Under the pieces are notes generated by a model. The model was not told where the DNA came from, made no database searches, and was given only the letters and a program-made list of their open reading frames with translations. Shown one piece after another: positions 57,481 to 64,000 of a stretch of DNA of 64,000 nt (positions within the stretch are counted from its first letter, which is position 1; every line of letters begins with the position of its first letter). The position numbers and the translations under genes are program-made. The stretch comes from Candidatus Babelota bacterium. GTDB lineage: Bacteria > Babelota > Babeliae > Babelales > CAIQNR01. The DNA is taken from contig CBFHTA010000001.1 of NCBI GenBank assembly GCA_965658655.1, positions 328,722 through 392,721 of the forward strand, in the 5' to 3' direction.

Positions 57481-59196
57481 ATGGTTAAAAAACGAGGTTT
57501 TCTCTTTATTGTAATGTTAGCGTGGAGTGTTAATCTTCATGGCAAAAGCTGGGGCAGCATTGGAAACCAATGGGTAAGTGGGTTTCACAGTGTTTATCAT
57601 GTAATAAAAGGAATTGGGGGCGCTCTTGCTCAAATGGTTGGGCATATTCCTTCTGGTTATGTATTTAACTTTAGGGTTTACAATGGCGTGCAAAGCACTG
57701 TGCATGTTCAAACGCGTCATTACGATAAAGTCATGGGGGGAAGGTTTAAAGGAGACATAAGCAACTCGACCAACATTGAGCCTGGGGGAAATTCAGAGGA
57801 TGCTTTTAGTCAGAGTAATGTACATTTATATTGCAACTTAGAGATTCCAGATTGTGGGTACAGCGAGAATCATTATACTTTAGGGGAAAAACACGACAAA
57901 ACAGTGTATGTATATCATACCTACAACGATCCAGATTCACATGCGCCAAGAGCAGAGCGCTTGGGAGCAGTAAAAGGAGGAAGTGGTGCTTTTAGTGGTT
58001 TAATTTATAACGGTGCAGGAGAAACGGCAGTAGTGGATTTTGTATGGAATAAAAAGCGGATACAAATACCAGTTGAGCCAGGAACGTTTAATGCATTGAA
58101 ATCTACAACTAATAATCCTTTGCGTCCCTCTACGTTAGGGTTGAATGGAAAAGGAGTTGCTATTGGAGCAACGGGATTTGGAACTTCAGTAACGAGTGGT
58201 TCTGGAAAAAAAGCTACACAAGTTTCTATTCCAACTCGTTATAATTATCAAATTACTTCTAATGGTGGAATTGAAACAGGATTATTTCCAGGAAACTTTA
58301 AGCAGCCTGCTTCAGGCACCCAATTACGAGACATTACACCAATGAGTTGTCAAATTTGGAATGAACTTATAGCTACTTCAGAGGGAAAAGCGTGGAGTTT
58401 GAAGCCTATCAGTATGGTTAACGAACCATTATGGTATATGTATACGGGTCAAGGAATTAATCTTCAAGGTAAGATTGTGGATAAACCAATTGGTCAAATT
58501 CCTTCAGGAAAGTGCGCGTCTCTTACTTTACTTAGGCCTTCTGTAAAGCAAGGTACTGCGAAATTATATATGGTTCGTATTCGTACTACTGATACAGCAT
58601 TAGCAGGAGCATTTTTGTCTCAATTAGCAACTATGAAGTTACCTCCATATAATATTAAAGCTCCTAGTCAAAAATTTATTGAAGAAACAGAGAAAACCCT
58701 TCTTTCGGAAAAACTTTCTGATGACGTTGGATATGTAACTAGCTCCAATGGGATTAGAGGAGTCATTATAGGAATGGATATTTTTGCTCCTTATGGAGCT
58801 GCATCGGTTGGTCCATATTATTATACTGTTCCGGCACCTGAGTATGCTGTTTCATCTGTACAGTCAGTCTTTACGCAATGTATTACTAATTTAACTTCTG
58901 CAGCGAGTAAAGAACTTAATAATTATATTCAAGCATGGATAGAAGCGTATCCAACAAAGCCTCTAGAAGTAAGGAAAGCATTAGAAGTATTTTTAATAAA
59001 AAATGGTTCTAAAAGTATGATCGTAAAAAATGGTGATGAAGAAAGTTTGAACTCCACAGGATACGCCCTTTTAGATACTCTTTTATATGGACCAAAAAGT
59101 GTGAGTCGTATGCCAATATGGTATCCAAACGCAAGAAAAACAACTATTACACAGCCAGCTATTTGGGCAACTGCAGATAATGTTGTACCTTTGTAG
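57481..59196 (+). CDS. Large secreted hypothetical protein
   Basis: 571 aa, signal peptide, AAGGA RBS, Gly/Thr/Ser-rich beta-type composition. Confidence 0.78.
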   Translation: MVKKRGFLFIVMLAWSVNLHGKSWGSIGNQWVSGFHSVYHVIKGIGGALAQMVGHIPSGYVFNFRVYNGVQSTVHVQTRHYDKVMGGRFKGDISNSTNIEPGGNSEDAFSQSNVHLYCNLEIPDCGYSENHYTLGEKHDKTVYVYHTYNDPDSHAPRAERLGAVKGGSGAFSGLIYNGAGETAVVDFVWNKKRIQIPVEPGTFNALKSTTNNPLRPSTLGLNGKGVAIGATGFGTSVTSGSGKKATQVSIPTRYNYQITSNGGIETGLFPGNFKQPASGTQLRDITPMSCQIWNELIATSEGKAWSLKPISMVNEPLWYMYTGQGINLQGKIVDKPIGQIPSGKCASLTLLRPSVKQGTAKLYMVRIRTTDTALAGAFLSQLATMKLPPYNIKAPSQKFIEETEKTLLSEKLSDDVGYVTSSNGIRGVIIGMDIFAPYGAASVGPYYYTVPAPEYAVSSVQSVFTQCITNLTSAASKELNNYIQAWIEAYPTKPLEVRKALEVFLIKNGSKSMIVKNGDEESLNSTGYALLDTLLYGPKSVSRMPIWYPNARKTTITQPAIWATADNVVPL

Positions 59197-60181
59197 CTAA
59201 AGCTTGTGTGTTATGGGTTAGTTGTTTTTGTTCAAGTACTGTAAAAGAATCAGGGTACATGGATTGCATAGCGTAGGCATTGTCCAATTGATGAGAATTG
59301 CCAGAAATTTCTAACGGAATTGTTATACACGGTTTTTTGAAAAATGCCGTTTCAAAAAGGGTGCCGGCTCCCGATCGACAGATTACAATATCAGTTGCTT
59401 GATAGTAGGAAACTAGATCCTGCTCATATTCAAAAACATATGCCGGAATATGCATTTGTGCATAAAAGAGTTTTAGTTGTTCGATCTCGTTATTACCAGC
59501 CTGATGAATTATTTGAATTTGTGTTCTATCAACCTGTTGCATGGTTGTGCATAAAAGAGTATTTAGAAAAACAGATCCTTGCGATCCACCCAAAATGAGA
59601 ATCGTTTTTTTATTTTCATCATAGCCAAGTTTTTTAATTGCTTCAGCTTTATTAGATGCATTGCTTTGGTTAGGAGAAAAACGTAATGGATAGGGTTCGA
59701 GTATGCATGAAGACCCTAGGTATTTTTGTGTTTCTTTAAAACAGATAGAAAGCTTCTTTGCAAACGGTGCTAGCACTCGAGAAGCCCGCCCTGGTTTTAC
59801 ATTGAGTTCAAAAAGCTCTATAGGAACAAATGCACAACGTGCGGCAAGGCATACAGGCAGAGACAAATAACCACCTGTACTAATTATTTTTTTAGGTCTT
59901 TTTTTTATAAAAATTACAAAACTTGTGAAAAAGCTTCTTGTAAATTGCCAGATAAAAAGAGGAAAAAACCAAGGTTTTCTGTAGGGGACGTTGCCCAGTG
60001 TTAGTGTTACTTGTTGTGATATCCAGGGAAATTTTTCACTAATATTGTTATCAAGTTCTTTATGTGAAGTGAAAAAAAATATTTCTGTGGTGTCTGACTT
60101 TTCTTGTTCTAGTTTTGTAAGGCAGGGAATTATATGCCCACCTGAGCGTGCGGCAACACCGCAGATTATTGTTTTTGTCAT
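59159..60181 (-). CDS. murG: Lipid II GlcNAc transferase
   Basis: SGGHIIP, TGGYLSLP, ELNVKPG, LGGSQGS, RSGAGT..E, HQ..NA. Confidence 0.93.
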   Translation of the reverse strand: MTKTIICGVAARSGGHIIPCLTKLEQEKSDTTEIFFFTSHKELDNNISEKFPWISQQVTLTLGNVPYRKPWFFPLFIWQFTRSFFTSFVIFIKKRPKKIISTGGYLSLPVCLAARCAFVPIELFELNVKPGRASRVLAPFAKKLSICFKETQKYLGSSCILEPYPLRFSPNQSNASNKAEAIKKLGYDENKKTILILGGSQGSVFLNTLLCTTMQQVDRTQIQIIHQAGNNEIEQLKLFYAQMHIPAYVFEYEQDLVSYYQATDIVICRSGAGTLFETAFFKKPCITIPLEISGNSHQLDNAYAMQSMYPDSFTVLEQKQLTHNTQALATKVQHYLQLPK

Positions 60182-60184
60182 GAT

Positions 60185-60622
60185 TTACTTTGTTTTGCAG
60201 CGCGATAAAAAGAGATGCAGCGCATCTCGCATTTCTTTGTCTTTTATTTTTAATAATGCTCCAGATTCAAGAGAATTGAGTGGTATCTTTTTTCTTTCTA
60301 GAGGAGCCTTTATTTTCTTTTTAGGAATAATTACGGGAGTAGATTTCTTTGTTGTATATTTAAGACGTATCTTTTTTAAGTATGGTTTATCTAGATGACC
60401 ATTAATTGTTTTGAGTAACACAGCAGAAAGCATATAAAGTTCTTGAAGCCAACTTACGTCGTAAACTCCAATGATAATGGTATCTCCGTGTATTTTTTCG
60501 AGTGTTATTTTATCGTGTAAATTTCCTACAATAGCTGGCCAATCTGTAAGCAACTTTGTTTTCCAAGAGTTGGTACTTAAACTAAAAGAACTACTAAGAA
60601 CTGTTTTGAGCGATTTAAACAT
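60185..60622 (-). CDS. DUF721/DciA family protein
   Basis: W..IVG…I.IGV.D.SWLQEL…L..IN. Confidence 0.75.
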   Translation of the reverse strand: MFKSLKTVLSSSFSLSTNSWKTKLLTDWPAIVGNLHDKITLEKIHGDTIIIGVYDVSWLQELYMLSAVLLKTINGHLDKPYLKKIRLKYTTKKSTPVIIPKKKIKAPLERKKIPLNSLESGALLKIKDKEMRDALHLFLSRCKTK

Positions 60623-60625
60623 ATT

Positions 60626-61351
60626 CTATACCAATGATTTTTGTAAAAATAAGTTACGCCAAAATATCTTTGAACTTCCAGGCATTGGAGGATTAGCAAG
60701 GGCTTGCTCAAAGAGGTCTATCATACGCTTTGTTTTTGCAATTTGTGTACTACTTCCAGAAGTAACTATTTTTTTATAATGGGTACACCAATATTCTAAA
60801 AAGAGATCAACAAGCTCTCGACTTTCAATTTCAGTTATCTGAGTGCTACTTAATTCCTTTAAGAATGCATGAGGATCAATTGCAAGCGACATAAAGTGAG
60901 TTCCAAAAGCCAAGGGCTGACCATTGGTAATTGTTGTGCCGTATGATTCAATTACACAGCGAGATCGAATGGTTGGTAATACTAGTTGTTTGCGTTGTGC
61001 GGTAAAAATAAAATGGTAACCATTAGGTGGTTCTTCAACAATCTTGAGTAAGCTATTAGCGCATGCAGGAGTTAAGAAATCTGCTTTGGTTAAAACAAAA
61101 AAATATTTTTGATTTTGTTCTAAAGAGAGTTCTGTTTTTTTAAAGATGCTCTCTAGAAGATCTAATGTGTAGCGCTTTTCTGGTTCTATCCACAAAACAC
61201 TGTGATGTTGTTTATCTTTAATCAAATTACAAATGGTACAGGTTCCACAGTTGTTCTCTTGGCAAAACAGTGTTTGTAAATATTTGTTTACAACGGCTTG
61301 CGTTTGTATGTGTGGAACAATAAAAAGCTGTGCAGGTGCAATTTGATTCAT
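60626..61351 (-). CDS. holB: DNA polymerase III delta' subunit, short form
   Basis: C…CGTCTIC…H, AD.LT..CANSLLKIVEEPP, LPTIRSRC; follows tmk. Confidence 0.85.
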   Translation of the reverse strand: MNQIAPAQLFIVPHIQTQAVVNKYLQTLFCQENNCGTCTICNLIKDKQHHSVLWIEPEKRYTLDLLESIFKKTELSLEQNQKYFFVLTKADFLTPACANSLLKIVEEPPNGYHFIFTAQRKQLVLPTIRSRCVIESYGTTITNGQPLAFGTHFMSLAIDPHAFLKELSSTQITEIESRELVDLFLEYWCTHYKKIVTSGSSTQIAKTKRMIDLFEQALANPPMPGSSKIFWRNLFLQKSLV

Positions 61352-61354
61352 ATT

Positions 61355-61978
61355 TTAGGTACCAATGCGTTTGTAAATTTCTTCTATAGCTTTATCAGCA
61401 AGTGCTTCTGGTGACTCTTTTGCATCAAGTATAACAACGTTATCTTGATTTTTGAAAAGGTCCTCAAAGGCTTCAAGGGTTTTTTGAATAAATGCTTCTT
61501 CTTGTTCAAAGACGGTAAGGTCATGGTTACGTTTTTGAATTCTCTCAAGAGCTTCTTTTACGGACAGCTTTAAATAAAAAGTTAAACTTGGCACAACATT
61601 GTTCATGGCCCAAGTGTTAATAGATTTAATAGTATTTATATCAAGACCTCGTGCGTACCCTTGATAAACTACAGACGAATCTGCCATACGGTCTGAGATA
61701 ACAATAGACCCTTCTTTAAGAGAAGGAATTACTAATTTTTCCAAGTGTTCTGCTCTGCTTGCTGCAAATAATAAAAATTCTGCTTTGGGGCACATTTCTG
61801 CATTTGTCGCTAAAAGAATAGATCTAATTTCTTCTCCCAGGGGAGTTCCGCCGGGTTCTTTAGTAAGCACACAGGAATACTCAGAAAGCTTATGATGGAT
61901 ATTTTTTGCAAGGGATGACTTTCCCGATCCATCGATTCCTTCAATAGAAATTAGAAAGCCGTTTGGTATTATCTGCAT
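61355..61978 (-). CDS. tmk: Thymidylate kinase
   Basis: EGIDGSGKS, EPGGT..G..IR, LFAASR, SDR..DSS..YQG. Confidence 0.96.
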   Translation of the reverse strand: MQIIPNGFLISIEGIDGSGKSSLAKNIHHKLSEYSCVLTKEPGGTPLGEEIRSILLATNAEMCPKAEFLLFAASRAEHLEKLVIPSLKEGSIVISDRMADSSVVYQGYARGLDINTIKSINTWAMNNVVPSLTFYLKLSVKEALERIQKRNHDLTVFEQEEAFIQKTLEAFEDLFKNQDNVVILDAKESPEALADKAIEEIYKRIGT

Positions 61979-62115
61979 ACTGAGCCACTATTGTTTAAGA
62001 TGTCATTAAAAGTTTTCTCAATAGTATAGCGAGAATCACAAAATAAAAAACGTGCGATCTTTAAAAAAATGATTTAAAGTGAAAAACGGGTCGTTTTTAA
62101 AAGAGGATCTGAGTT

Positions 62116-63231
62116 ATGAAAAAGAAGCTTCATATTGTTCATATCATTTCAAATTTAGGTGTAGGCGGTGCAGAAGGAGTTCTTTTTCAGCTTCTTAGTA
62201 ATCTTAATACTACAGACTTCAAACATTCGGTAGCCTATTTTTATGATGGTCCGTACGTTGAAAAAATAAAGAACCTCGGTATTAAAGTTTATAAAGTGAA
62301 TGGCCTATTCTTTACCTATGATCCTGTTTTTCTTGTTCGTTTTTTTCTTTTAATTAAAAAACTCAAACCGGGTTGCTTACATACATTGTTGTGGGCAGCC
62401 AATTTTTTAGGGCGATTGATCGCTTCTATTTTAAAAATTCCTCATGTAGAAGTGCTTCACAATAATATTGAACAGAATGGATTGGTACGTCTGGCTCTTG
62501 ATCGTATCACTGTTCGCCAGCGAGGTGAGCTTATTGTTGTTTCTGATGGAGTGCATGACTCTCTTAAGAATTATGCCCCTTGGTTTCTCTGTCGTCCTGC
62601 TCAGGTCATAAAGAATGGGATTGCTGCCTATGAGGACAGTAAGTTTAAAGTTACTCGAGAGAGTTTAGGGCTTACAAAGAATCATTTTATAATTGGTTCG
62701 GTGGGTAGATTTGAGCAGGTTAAAAATTATGGTTTGTTATTAACTGCTTTTGCTCTTCTCTATGATGACCATAGAAAAGCACGTCTTGTTTTGGTAGGTC
62801 AAGGTTCTCAGGAAGCATTTCTGCGCCAGCGTGCTTATGACTTGGGGATTGATGACAGAGTGATTTTTGTGACAGGAAAAGACGCTAAGCCTTATTACGC
62901 TTTGTTTGATGCCTTTGTGTTAGCTTCGCCCAAAGAAGGAATTTCCTTAGCGCTTCTTGAGGCTATGCAGGCAGGTATCGCTTCTGTAGTAACTAGTGTA
63001 ACTACACAACATGATGTTATTCAGGATCAAAGAAATGGGTTCTTGGTTCCATCTGGAAATCCGGTTCTGTTGGCTCAAAAGTTGAACCGATTGATTGAAA
63101 GCAAAGTACTTCGTTGCAAAATAGGAGAAGCCGCTAAGAAGAGAATTGCTTCTGATTTCCAAATAAAAACTATGGTTCAGGAATACAAAAAACTCTATGA
63201 GCGAGTTGCTTTTTGGAACTTTTCGCTTTAA
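62116..63231 (+). CDS. GT4 family glycosyltransferase
   Basis: GGAE, IKNGI, SVGR…KN, EG.SLALLEAM. Confidence 0.92.
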   Translation: MKKKLHIVHIISNLGVGGAEGVLFQLLSNLNTTDFKHSVAYFYDGPYVEKIKNLGIKVYKVNGLFFTYDPVFLVRFFLLIKKLKPGCLHTLLWAANFLGRLIASILKIPHVEVLHNNIEQNGLVRLALDRITVRQRGELIVVSDGVHDSLKNYAPWFLCRPAQVIKNGIAAYEDSKFKVTRESLGLTKNHFIIGSVGRFEQVKNYGLLLTAFALLYDDHRKARLVLVGQGSQEAFLRQRAYDLGIDDRVIFVTGKDAKPYYALFDAFVLASPKEGISLALLEAMQAGIASVVTSVTTQHDVIQDQRNGFLVPSGNPVLLAQKLNRLIESKVLRCKIGEAAKKRIASDFQIKTMVQEYKKLYERVAFWNFSL

Positions 63232-63343
63232 AACGCTTAAAACTAATCGAAGAAAAATTTGATTTTTTTAATCCAATACGATACATTTTAAATTATTGTA
63301 TGACTCGTCCGATTCATGTAATACCAAATCTAGATAACCTCCA

Positions 63344-63378
63344 TTTCCCCTATCCGACGTTCTGCCGGGTGGGGGAAA
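63344..63378 (+). terminator. Strong hairpin between convergent genes
   Basis: tttcccctatccg-acgttctgc-cgggtgggggaaa, 13-bp stem with G-U pairs on the plus strand. Confidence 0.65.
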
Positions 63379-63383
63379 ATTCA

Positions 63384-64000
63384 TTATAATGGTATTTTTT
63401 CTTGAGGTGTTTTCCCTATTGAGAGGGTTGGATGAGAAGGTTCATCTTCATTTTGATAGAAGTTTTTACTCAAATAAGCTCTTCCCGAATCGCCACAGAT
63501 CATTACTGCCACATCATCTTTTGTTAAGGTTGAAAGCTTTTTGTAGAGTCCAACAGCCACGGCACCAGTGCTTGGTCCTCCCAGAAGTCCATAGCGGTGA
63601 GCGAGTGTTTTTAGCATTTTTAGGGCATCTGCGTCACCGATATTAATAATCTCATCTATAACATTGTAATTTATGACTTGAGAGGTAAAGTCGATACCAA
63701 TGCCTTCAATAGCGTATGGTTTGGGTTTCCCTTGTGTAGCACGAAGAGAATTTTCAGAATCCATTCCAATCACTTTAATATCAGGGTTTTTTTCTTTTAA
63801 ATATTGCCCAGCACCGCTGGCAGTTCCTCCGGTACCAAGTCCGGCAAAATAATGGGTAATGGTACCTTGGGTTTGCTCCCAAATTTCAGGACCTAATAGA
63901 TTGTAATGAGCCCAGCGATTTTCAATATTATAGTATTGGTCAGGCATAAAAGAATTGGGTGTTTGTTGGTGAATTCTTCTTGCTTCCATATGGTAGCTTT
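63384..64000 (-). CDS. PLP-dependent cysteine synthase / cystathionine beta-synthase family (5' end outside window)
   Basis: QY.N..N..AH…GPEIWEQT, GLGTGGT, IEGIG, G.STGA, DSGRAYLSK. Confidence 0.92.
   Translation of the reverse strand, partial: SYHMEARRIHQQTPNSFMPDQYYNIENRWAHYNLLGPEIWEQTQGTITHYFAGLGTGGTASGAGQYLKEKNPDIKVIGMDSENSLRATQGKPKPYAIEGIGIDFTSQVINYNVIDEIINIGDADALKMLKTLAHRYGLLGGPSTGAVAVGLYKKLSTLTKDDVAVMICGDSGRAYLSKNFYQNEDEPSHPTLSIGKTPQEKIPL

Noticed and set aside
402..63646. Numerous 60-150 aa ORFs antisense to or nested in confident genes
   Set aside because: No RBS or motif support; expected shadow ORFs.

Overview
Gene-dense, AT-rich bacterial chromosome segment with about 62 supportable CDS and one clear RNA gene (rnpB). 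There is no rRNA, tRNA, transposase or CRISPR array. Housekeeping genes (tkt, rpoD, dnaG, lgt, mnmG, mraY, tgt, murB, trhO, pheT, lspA, comF, sbcD, glmU, mreB, rsmA, uppS, gpsA, PBP1A, murG, holB, tmk, cysteine synthase) are interleaved with about 30 ORFs that begin with Sec-type signal peptides, most of them orphans. That secretome, an ankyrin protein and a chlamydial-type TGT plus YhhQ suggest a protist-associated intracellular bacterium, most plausibly Candidatus Dependentiae (TM6/Babeliae); this is inference, not a database result. The most striking signal is a set of normally cytoplasmic enzymes that carry export signals and altered substrate pockets. These are (i) a PurA paralog that keeps its catalytic and GTP residues but has lost the IMP- and aspartate-binding residues, (ii) a phosphonatase (PhnX)-like HAD whose neighbour is a stand-alone copy of its cap domain fused to a His/Cys tail, and (iii) two further exported HADs. 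Also notable are a 6S-like structured intergenic RNA, recurrent intergenic anti-Shine-Dalgarno motifs, a 54-bp duplicated RBS/signal-peptide module in a secreted-protein array, an animal-type transketolase, and a histone-like tail on sigma70. All calls come from reading motifs by eye; no searches were run.
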